Shown piece by piece: positions 53,140 to 64,000 of a stretch of DNA of 64,000 bases. Below the pieces are notes generated by a model. It saw only the letters and a program-made list of their open reading frames with translations, was not told where the DNA came from and did not search any database. Within the stretch, counting starts at the first letter, position 1, and the number at the start of each line of letters is the position of its first letter. Position numbers and translations under genes: made by a program. The stretch comes from Eledone cirrhosa. Taxonomy: Eukaryota. The DNA lies in NCBI GenBank assembly GCA_964016885.1, contig OZ024747.1, positions 27,590,001 through 27,654,000 of the forward strand. The letters run 5' to 3'.

Positions 53140-53158
53140 TATATATATATATATACAT

Positions 53159-53189
<31 letters not shown>

Positions 53190-53306
53190 TATATATATAT
53201 ATATATATATATACATTATATATATATATATATATATACATTATATATATATATATATATATACATTATATATATATATACATTATATATATATATACAC
53301 ATTATA

Positions 53307-53338
<32 letters not shown>

Positions 53339-53662
53339 CATTATATATATATACATATACATATATATATATACATTATATATATATACATTATATATAT
53401 ATACATTATATATATATACATTATATATATATATATACATTATATATATATACATTATATATATATATATATATACATTATATATATATACATACATTAT
53501 ATATATATATATACATACATTATATATATATATATATACACATTATATATATATATACATTATATATATATACATTATATATATATATACATTATATATA
53601 TATATATATATATTCATTATATATATATACATTATATATATATATATATATTCATTATATAT
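53140..53662. repeat. (TA)n/TACAT microsatellite
   Basis: Direct inspection. Confidence 0.95.
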
Positions 53663-53750
53663 ACTCTTTTACCTGTTTCAGGTAAAAGAATATATATAAT
53701 GGCTTAGGCCATGCTGGAGCACCGCCCTTGTATATATATATATATATACA

Positions 53751-54135
53751 TGGAGGCACATGGCTTAGTGGTTAGAGCATTGGGTTTTGCAATCGAAAGG
53801 TTGTGAGTTCAATTCTCAGACCGGGTGATGTGTTGTTTTCTTGAGCAAGACACTTAATTTCACATTGCTCCAGTTTACTCAGCTGTAGAAATGAGATGAT
53901 AGGGACCCCAGTCTACAGCTATCATTCTACTGCAGCTATCATTCCACTACAGTCCCTATCATTCCACTGCAAAGTGGCCGTGGAGGTGCCACGGCAATAA
54001 AGCACCCAGCACTCACTGTAAATGAGGTTGGTGTTAGGAACGGCATCCAGCTGTAGAAATCAAGCCAGAATCAGTTCCCGTCCCACCCTCGCAAGCAGGG
54101 AAAAGCGGACGTAAAATGATGATGATGATGATGAT
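53751..54135 (+). mobile_element. tRNA-derived SINE, family 2, ending in an RTE-derived 3' segment
   Basis: A box tggcttagtggttaga, B box gagttcaattc, cttgagcaagacactt central domain; 3' part matches 61030-61170 and ends in (GAT)n. Confidence 0.75.
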
Positions 54136-54659
54136 ATATATATATATATATCCATTAACAGCAGCAGCAACTACAATAACAACTACAGCACCAACAACTG
54201 CCATCACTGACCATCCACCACCACCACACTGACACCATCCACCGCCATTCACCACCACCACCGCCATTACCAGAGTAAAGCAAACAATTATTATTATTAT
54301 ATACAAGCTGAACTGGACTGGGAAAGGTCAACAGTTGACATGATATTGATTTTGATTTTGTATTTGTATCAGTACTGCAGGTAATATATATATATATGTG
54401 TTTGTGAGTGGTGTGTGGTTGTGGTTTGAATGCATGAGTGTTGGTGTGTGAGTGTGTGCGTCGTGCCAATAATTTTTTTTAAATTTTTTTTTTATGACCA
54501 TGCTGTAAAATGGAGGGGTAGAGAGGGCCCTTGAGTCTAGTAAGACATCCTCTCTAGTGCTGGTGGCACAAATAAAAGCACCCAGTCCATGCTGTAAAGT
54601 GGCGCTGGTGTTAGGAAGGGCATCCAACCAGTTTATCAATGCCAAAACGCTTATCAGCA

Positions 54660-57357
54660 CAGCAACAAATAGGAACAACAACAAAATATGAAGACGTCGC
54701 ATCTCAGAGTTGCAACACTTAATGTTGGCACTCTCAGAAGTAGATCTGCTGAAATAGCGGAGATGCTGGAGAGAAGGTAGGTGGATCTGTGCTGCGTGCA
54801 AGAGGTGAGATGGAGAGGTGCCTCTGCGAGACTAGTTGTAGGCAAACGTCTTAGTTATAAGCTATTCTGGGTAGGTAAGGATGATGGGTTAGGGGGAGTA
54901 GGCATTTTCCTGGCTGAGAAATGGATCAATAAGACAATAGAGGTAGTTCGAGTTAGTAATCAAATAATTAAGCTGAGATTAGTTGTAGGCAGGAGACTAC
55001 TGACAATCATCTCGGCCTATGTTCCCCAAGCAGGCCTAGGCAAAGATGAGAAAGACTGCTTTTATGAGCAACTTTTGCAAACAACCGCAATGACAGAGGA
55101 CGGAGACATCGTTATGCTAGCAGGAGACTTCAATGGTCATGTTGGACAGCTCCAGGATGGTTACACTCGGGTACATGGTGGGCATGGTTACGGTTCAAGA
55201 AATGAAGAAGGAGTGAGACTTCTTGAATTTTGTGATGCAGGTACATTGACTATTTGCAACACAAACTTCCAGAAACCTGCTAATCACCTAATAACCTACA
55301 AATCTGGTGAGCACATAAGCCAGATTGACTTCTTACTAGTTAGGCAGCGAGACAGGCAGATAGTGTCTAATACCAAGGCATACCCTGGGGAAGAATGTAC
55401 CCCACAGCATAGATTAGGTGTTAGTGATATCGCAGTAAGCAAGAGATGGAATGAGACATATAAGAAGGTGTGGAGAAGAAAGGTCTGGAAGCTAAAAGAC
55501 CTTTCACTAAAATACAAATTTAGGAAAGCCCTTCAAGATGTATATGACGAAAAAGAAGACGATTTAGAGACGTATGACATAGATAATAACTGGAATTTCT
55601 TACGTGACAACTTGCTGCAGGCTACTGATGAAACTTGTGGCTGGAGCAGAGCTCCAACCAGACAGAGAGTGACCTGGTGGTGGAACAGCACAGTAGATAA
55701 GGCTATTAGAGACAAAAGACTAGCATGGAAGGCTTGGAAAAAGGGTGGGAGTAGGGAAGAATATACAGCCACTAAGAGAGAAGCTAGACGTCAGGTGTAC
55801 TTAGCACGCAGGGAGGCAGAGAGTAGGAGGTTTGCCAATGTTCTGCGACGATCAGAGGCGTGCGGTGTTCCACATTGCAAGGCAGTGTGTCAATGCAAAT
55901 CAGGATGTTGTTGGAGATAAATGTGTCCGGGATGATGCCGGTGTACTTAGTGTCACGAATGATCAGAAAAAGGAGGCCTGGAAATGTCATTATGAGAGAC
56001 TGATGAATGTGGAGAACAAATGGGAGAGAGAGAAATTACCCTTGGTAGATCCGACAGAGGGACCAGCTATTGAGATTGACGAATATAGGGTCCAAGAGGC
56101 GATTAGGGAAATGAAAAATGGTAAGGCTGCCGGACCATCGGGAATAGTTGCTGAGATGCTGAAGGCATCAGGGGACGTAGGCACTAAACTGGTTGCACGC
56201 ATCATCAATCAGGCTATATATGGTGGTGTCATACCCAAAGACTGGTGCAGCAGTATTCTCATAAATTGCTACAAAGGTAAAGGGGATGCTCTGGAGAGGA
56301 GCAATTATAGGGGTATAAAACTGATAGATCAGGTTATGAAAGTGGCAGAAAGGATTTTAGCACAACTAATTAGAGAAAGGGTCAAACTAGATGAGATGCA
56401 ATTTGGTTTTGTGCTTGGGAAGAGTACAACAGATGCTCTCTTCTTGGTGAGACAATTGCAAGAGAGGTTCTTAGAGAAGAATAAGCCACTATACTTAGTC
56501 TTTGTTGACCTAGAGAAGGCCTTTAATAGGGTACCCCGATCTGTCATCTGGTGGTCCCTAAGGAAGCTAGGTGTTGAGGAATGGCTTGTGAGGACAGTGC
56601 AAACTTTGTACAGAGGTACTCTCAGTAAAGTCAGGGTAGGAATGGAGTTTAGTGAGGAATTCCAGATACAAGTAGGAGTACATCAGGGTTCGGTCCTCAG
56701 CCCGCTCTTGTTCATTATAGTCCTCCAAGCCATAACAGAGGAGTTTAAGACTGGCTGTCCATGGGAACTTCTCTATGCTGACGATCTGGTTCTTATAGCA
56801 GAATCAGTAGAGGAGCTAGAGAATAAATTCTGGCTATGGAAACAGCAGTTGGAAGCAAGAGGACTGAGAGTGAATCTAGCTAAGACAAAAGTGTTGATGA
56901 GTAGAAAAGAGGACAAAACCCTGATTCCGTCAGGGAAATGGCCATGTTCGATATGCAGAAAAGGAACTGGCATAAATTCTATAAAATGCACACAATGCAG
57001 ATCCTGGGTACACAAGAGATGTAGCGGGATAGCAGGCAAACTAACAGGTAGGGAGAAATATGTATGCAGTAGATATACAGGGAAATTAGACAGTAGAAGT
57101 CGCATTGATAGACACATTTTTCAAATGCAGGAGGGCGCTATAGAAGTGGTGGATAGCTTCCAGTACCTAGGAGATCAGATTAGCATGGGAGGAGGGTGTT
57201 CCGAGGCCATAGTATCTAGAATAAGGACAGGTTGGAAGAAGTTTAGGGAGCTGCTTCCTCTGTTGACGAAGAAGGGTTTCTCCCTGCGTACGAAAGGCCG
57301 GTTGTATGATGCCTGTGTGAGGAGCGCGATGCTGCATGGTAGTGAGACATGGGCAGA
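54660..57357 (+). mobile_element. RTE LINE of a different subfamily, defective and cut off at its 3' end
   Basis: ORFs 54781-55920 (APE) and 55832-57370 (RT + PHD); TAG at 54778, frameshift near 55850; ends abruptly after HGSETWA. Confidence 0.93.
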
Positions 57358-58560
57358 ACAAAGTAAATAAATACAATACAGAAGTAATAGAAATAAATAA
57401 ATGCATACACGCAAACAAATACGTACATACACAAGCATACGCAAAACCTTACCATAGGTATACAAAACCACGCACATATAAATGTGTGTGTGTGTATGTG
57501 TGTATACAAATAAACCCCACGTTATACCCTAACGGATAGTACGATCTATACGTGGATATTTTACGTCTTGATGTGGGAGCTAAGTATATGTTTTGTTTAT
57601 TCCTTTACTTATTTGCATAGGTAAGTATATATTACCCGTATGTTTTGTGAAGGTACGTATAACTTCTCGTACGTATATTTGATTGTTATGGCATATAATT
57701 TTATATTTTCTGGTACATAGGGTTTGGCTATGTGTATATGGGAGTTTTGCGTCTGTGTGAGTATGTAGGTTCGTACGTATGGTGGGTGTGTGTATATGTA
57801 TACTTCTTGTTTTAGTTGACTTATGTCTCCGAACATTCGTGTATTTATATGTAGGTATGTGTGTGCGCTTGTTATATACGTATTTATTTGTTTATATACG
57901 TTTATATAATTTTTTATTTGTATACACGCATACACACACACACATTTATATGTGCGTGGTTTTGTATACCTATGGTAAGGTTTTGCGTATGCTTGTGTAT
58001 GTACGTATTTGTTTGCGTGTATGCATTTATTTATTTCTATAACTTCTGTATTGTATTTATTTACTTTGTTCTTAACTCTGTAGCGGAGATTCATTCGGTC
58101 TCCTAGTTAGAATTTTAGTCTACGACTTCTGCTATACCATTTACGTGGTTTTGTCTTTGCATGCTATTGTTCTCCACGCTCCACATATGACGTATTATCT
58201 TTGTATTTTTGTTCATTGCCAGAGAACGTCTCTATGCACCACCTAAGAGAACATTAGTCTACGACCTCTTTTATACCATAAACGTGGTTCTGTCTTTGCG
58301 CGTAATTGTTTTTCACCGCTCCTATTAATGACGTATTATTCGTTTTTTCCCGTTCTTTGCCAGTGAACGTTTCCACGAACCAAAGTATTGTCTTCCTGTC
58401 TTCCTCCGGTTGCAACGTTTTTTGAAATATCCAGTTCTGCGTTTACAGATTGACTTTGTTAGTTTCAGAAGATCCCATTAAGGGTGAAAGCAGCGATTCT
58501 TTGCTTAAACTTTAATCTATTATTTTAATAAATATTTGCTCTACGGTTCTTATATATTTG
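57357..58560. mobile_element. Unclassified insertion with a ~157-bp inverted repeat (57357-57513 / 57913-58071) and a ~140-bp tandem duplication (58114-58375)
   Basis: Arms are near-identical reverse complements; truncates the RTE ORF. Confidence 0.6.
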
Positions 58561-58619
58561 ATATATATTTATCCTTATCAAGCCCTCTTTGGATTTTAGT
58601 CTTCAAATTTATTATTATT

Positions 58620-59028
58620 ACTATATATTCATTATATATATATATATACATTATATATATATATATATACATTATATATATATATACATTATATATATAT
58701 ATATACATTATATATATATATATATATTCATTATATATATATATATTCATTATATATATATATATATATTCATTATATATATATATATTCATTATATATA
58801 TATATATACATTATATATATATATACATTATATATATATATATATTCATACATTATATATATATATAATATATATAATGAATATATATATATATATAATG
58901 TATATATATAATTATATATATACATTATATATATCTTTGGATTTTAGTCTTCAAATTTATTATTATTACATTATATATATATATATTCATTATATATATA
59001 TATATACATTATATATATATTTATACAT

Positions 59029-59059
<31 letters not shown>

Positions 59060-60110
59060 TAATGAATATATATATATATATATATATAATGTATATATAT
59101 TCATTATATATATTATATATATATAATGTATGAATATATATATATATATAATGTATATCATCATCATCATCATCATCATCAACGTTTAACGTCCGTGTTC
59201 CACGCTTGCATGAGTTTGGACGGGGGTAGTCCCACTTGAGGCAAGAGTGATTGTCTTGCTCGCATAGGACTGTCTGGCAGGTTTTCTACAGTTGGATGCC
59301 CTTCCTAACACCAACCACATTTACAGTGTGGGTCTGGGAGGTTTTTACCGTGTTGCCTACACGGCCACATTACAGCGTGGACTGTGTGTTTTTTTGTCGT
59401 GACACCTACACGATCTCATTTGTTTCGGCCTGGATGGCGCGGCACCAACATAACTTTACATAGAACGGGGTGGTGTGGATGGGGTGGGGGTGGTGGCGGG
59501 ACGGGGTGTATTTTGTTAGAGATGCCTACTGGCAAGGCGGGTCTTCTCTGTTACTGAGTACCGCCAAAGGTCTCGGTCCAGTGACATTGTCTTGGAGAGG
59601 TGTAAGTGTGTGAGGTCGGAGTTTATCAGCTCATCCCATGTTTTTCTAGGTCTGCCTATTCCGTGGCTACCGTCTATCTTTATTGCCCTGCACTTTGTTA
59701 TACAGCTATCGACTTTCATGCGCATCACGTGTCCATACCAACGCAGCCTTCTCTCGAGTAAACAACATCTGATCCCTCTTATCTCTAATTTTTTCCTTAG
59801 TTCGTTTATGCTTTGCCGTTCACGTATATTACTGTTACACATCCAGCGGAGCATGCAAGCTTCGTTCCTCTCTAGTCTGCGTATAGATATATATATATAT
59901 AATGAATATATATATATATATAATTATATATATACATTATATATATATATTCATTATATATATTATATATATATATAATGTATGAATATATATATATATA
60001 ATGTATATATATATATATAATGATTATACATATATATAATGAATATATATATGTAATAATAAATCTGAAGACTAAAATCCAAAGATATATATAATGTAAT
60101 ATATATATAC

Positions 60111-60150
<40 letters not shown>

Positions 60151-60197
60151 GTATATATATAATTATATATATATATACATTATATATATATATATAA

Positions 60198-60229
<32 letters not shown>

Positions 60230-60246
60230 CATTATATATATACATT

Positions 60247-60282
<36 letters not shown>

Positions 60283-60299
60283 CATTATATATATACATT

Positions 60300-60331
<32 letters not shown>

Positions 60332-60483
60332 CATTATATATATACATTATATATATATATAATTATATATATATATACATTATATATACAATATATATAT
60401 ACATTATATATATATATATACATTATATATATATATAATTATATATATATATACATTATATATACATTATATATATACATTAT

Positions 60484-60515
<32 letters not shown>

Positions 60516-60518
60516 CAC

Positions 60519-60610
<92 letters not shown>

Positions 60611-60675
60611 TATATATATATACACATTATATATATACACATTATATATATATGTATACATTATATATATATATA
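58620..60675. repeat. (TA)n/TACAT microsatellite in mixed orientation around an RTE insertion
   Basis: Both tacatta and taatgta polarities are present. Confidence 0.9.
59157..59885 (-). mobile_element. Short 5'-truncated RTE copy, same type as the full-length element
   Basis: Matches 40824-41585 except for a deletion across the stop codon region near 59531. Confidence 0.92.
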
Positions 60676-61297
60676 TGTGTAACAGTAATATACGTGAACG
60701 ACAAAGCATAAATGAATTGAGAGAGAGACTGAGCATAAGAGGAATCAAATGCTGCGTGCAGGAGAGGCGGTTACGCTGGTATGGACATGTGATGCGTATG
60801 AAGGATGACAGCTGCATAAAAAGGTGCAGAGCACTAGAAGTTGATGGAAACCGCGGAGTGGGGAGACCCAAGATGACTTGGGATGAGGTGATAAAAGCCG
60901 ACCTTACCCAACTACACCTCTCAAAGTCAATGACACACGACCGTGACTTCTGGCGTCACGCAGTAATACAGGGTACCCGACCTCCCATGGGTACATGCTG
61001 AAGCATATAAACAATATGCCCCCACCGCAAGGTGGTCGTGGAGGTGCCACGGCAAAAAAGCACCCAGCCCACACTGTAAAGTGGACGTGTAGGCGCCACG
61101 AAAAAGCACCCAGCACTCACTGTAAATGAGGTTGGTGTTAGGAAGGGCATCCAGCTGTAGAAATCAAGCCAGATCAGTTCCTGTATGAGCAAGGCATGGT
61201 CAGCCGACCAGACACTGCCCACAACAGGACAACCCGTCTAACCCATGCTAGCGTGGAAGAACGGACGTAAAACGGTGATGATGATGATGATGATGAT
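60675..61297 (+). mobile_element. 3' end of another RTE subfamily
   Basis: RLRWYGHVMRM...GRPKMTW C-terminus, diverged 3' UTR, (GAT)n tail. Confidence 0.9.
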
Positions 61298-61397
61298 ATA
61301 TACACATTATATATATATATATACATTATATATATATATATATATATATACACATTATATATATATATATATATACACATTATATATATATATATTC

Positions 61398-61436
<39 letters not shown>

Positions 61437-61470
61437 TATATATATATATATATATATACATTATATATAT

Positions 61471-63903
61471 AGAAGGGAAGCAGAGGAAAAAAAGTTCAAG
61501 CATGTTCTACAACGTGAGGACCAAAAACGTGAGGTGTTCAGGATTGCCAGGCAATGTGTCAAGGAAAACCGTGATATTGGCGGGGAGAAGTGTGTACTTA
61601 ACGATGAAGGCATACTTGCCATCACCGACGCTGATAAGAAGGTAGCTTGGAAGTGTCACTACGAAAGGCTTCTAAATGAGGAGAATAAATGGGAGAAAGA
61701 CAGTCTCCCCCACATCGACCCAATAGAGGGACCAGCAGTGTTAGTCCAGGGTAGTACAATAAGCAAGGCAATCAAAGATATGAAGACGGGTAAGGCGGCT
61801 GGTCCTTCGGAAATAGTTGCTGAGATGCTGAAGGCATCTGGTTCGGTGGGACACACCATGGTCACCCGGATAGTTAACCAAGTCATACAGAATGGGGTTG
61901 TTCCGAAGGACTGGCATAGCAGCATCATCGTTAACTGCTATAAGGGAAAAGGAGATGCCCTAGATAGGAGTAACTATAGAGGCATTAAATTAATCGACCA
62001 GGTCATGAAGGTCACGGAAAAAGTAATAGCGCAACTAATCAGAGAGAGAATTGATCTAGATGAAATGCAGTTCGGGTTTGTGTCAGGCAAAAGTACCACA
62101 GACGCTCTTTTCATTGTACGACAACTACAGGAGAAGTACCTAGCTAAAAGTAAACCCCTATACTTAGCTTTTGTCGACTTGGAGAAAGCCTTCGACAGAG
62201 TCCCCTGTTCCATTATCTGGTGGTCTCTTAGAAAACTAGGTGTTGACGAATGGCTTGTGAGAGCTATACAAGCCATGTATAAAGAAACAGTCAGTAAGGT
62301 TAGAATTAACAACGAATATAGTGAAGAGTTTAGCGTAAAAGTTGGTGTCCATCAGGGCTCTGTTCTTAGCCCCCTACTATTTATTATTGCCCTTCAGGCT
62401 ATAACAGAGGAGTTCAAGACCGGCTGCCCACGGGAACTCCTATACGCAGATGATCTAACGCTCATAGCTGAATCAATGACCGAACTAGAGAAGAAATTCC
62501 AAACATGGAAGCACGGCCTAGAATCAAAAGGCCTTAAAATTAACCTGGCTAAGACTAAAGTTCTAGTTTGTAGGAAAGAAAATAGGGCGGCGGTCCCTTC
62601 CGGGGAAATGGCCATGCTCAGTGTGTAGGAAAGGCATAGGTAGAAACTCCATTTTATGTCCCCAATGCAAAGTATGGGTGCATAAAAGATGTAGTGGGAT
62701 CATAGGTAAGCTAACTAAGAACATAGATTTTACATGTGGCCGGTGCTCTGGTGCAATAAGTAGCAGCAAGTGCCCACTAAATACTAGCTCTTTCAATTGC
62801 GCAGAGGGTTCTATAGAAATAGTGGACAGCTTCCGTTACCTGGGTGACAAAATCAGCAGTGGGGGAGGGTGCTCTGAAAGTACAGTAGCTAGAGTCAGAA
62901 CTGGATGGAAAAAGTTCAGAGAGCTTATACCACTATTAGCCGCTAGAAGGTTCTCCCTAAAAATGAAAGGCAGGTTATACAATGCCTGCATACGAACAGC
63001 AATGCTGCATGGCAGTGAGACCTGGGCATTGTGTGCAGAGGATATACGCAGACTAGAGAGGAACGAAGCTTGCACGCTCCGCTGGATGTGCAATAGTAAT
63101 ATACGTGAACGGCTAAGCATAAACGAACTAAGGAAAAAATTAGAAATAAGAGGGATCAGATGTTGTTTACTCGAGAGAAGGCTACGTTGGTACGGTCACG
63201 TGATGTGCATGAAAGACGACAGCTGTATAACAAAGTGCAGGGCAATAAAGATAGACGGTAGCCACGGAGTAGGCAGACCCAGAAAAACCTGGGACGACAT
63301 GATAAATTCCGACCTCACACGCTTACACCTCTCCAAGACAATGTCACTAGACCGAGACCTTTGGCGATACTCAGTAATAGAGAAGACCCGCCTTACCTAA
63401 ATACAAAGTAAAAATCTACTACAGTTAGTAGGCATCTCTATCAAAACACACACCCGTCCCACCACCTCCACCCCATCCACACCGCCCCTTTCAATGTAAA
63501 GTTATGTTGGTCCCACAACATCCAGGCCGAAAAAAATGAGATCGTGTAGGTGTCACGACAAAAAACACACAGTCCACGCTGTAAATGTGGCCGTGTAGGC
63601 AACACGGTAAAAACCTCCCAGCCCCACACTGTAAATGTGGTTGGTGTTAGGAAGGGCATCCAGCTGTAGAAAACCCGCCAGACAGTCCACGCTGTAATGT
63701 GGCTGTGTAGGCAACACGGTAAAAACCTCCCAGCCCCACACTGTAAATGTGGTTGGTGTTAGGAAGGGCATCCAGCTGTAGAAAACCCGCCAGACAGTCC
63801 TATGCGAGCAAGACAACCACTCTTGCCTCAAGTGGGAAAACCCCCGTCCAAACCCATGCAAGCATGGAACACGGACACTCAACCTGATGATGATGATGAT
63901 GAT
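61471..63903 (+). mobile_element. 5'-truncated RTE LINE copy with a frameshift near 62600
   Basis: ORFs 61534-62628 and 62621-63400 together give the RT and C-terminus; 3' UTR and (GAT)n tail present. Confidence 0.95.
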
Positions 63904-63930
63904 ATATATACATTATATATATATATATAC

Positions 63931-63966
<36 letters not shown>

Positions 63967-63974
63967 GTATATAT

Positions 63975-64000
63975 ATCATCATCATCATCATCAGGTTGAG
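63975..64000 (-). mobile_element. 3' tail of a further RTE copy running out of the window
   Basis: (atc)n-aggttgag is the reverse complement of ctcaacct-(gat)n at 63878-63903. Confidence 0.7.

Larger units (their letters stand above)
51111..53141. mobile_element. Non-coding element with ~220-bp inverted repeats (51111-51329 / 52923-53141), Penelope pLTR- or retrozyme-like
   Basis: Near-identical inverted arms each carrying a hammerhead; internal triplicated motif atcaggggcccacgaaggcactaagtgtcacagt (52030-52340). Confidence 0.6.

Noticed and set aside
53663-53730. Short palindrome tcttttacctg-ttt-caggtaaaaga as a terminator or regulatory hairpin
   Set aside because: Eukaryotic context, and it looks like a rearranged SINE end next to ggccatgctggagcaccgcc

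Overview
AT-rich, repeat-dense animal DNA; the repeat families look like those of an octopus-type cephalopod (inference, not searched). The one host gene I can support is the 3' part of a minus-strand, multi-exon gene for a FYB/ADAP-like adaptor. Eight GT-AG exons from 33834 to 7253 splice in frame and encode an acidic region, a PPPPRK motif, two YDD motifs, a K/E-rich helix, a helically extended SH3 domain and a terminal DIYEEI. The rest is mobile DNA and tandem repeats. From about 36 kb to 64 kb a multi-kilobase (TA)n/TACAT microsatellite field holds many RTE-clade LINE copies. One is apparently intact, with an APE endonuclease and an RT carrying an internal C4HC3 PHD-type finger. The same field holds non-coding islands with minimal hammerhead-ribozyme motifs, one of them bracketed by long inverted repeats. 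Also present are tRNA-derived SINEs, TTAA- and TA-flanked MITEs, a non-autonomous Helitron, an R4/Dong-like remnant, two long hairpins and several minisatellites. Most ORFs in the supplied track are spurious translations of simple repeats or antisense LINE frames.
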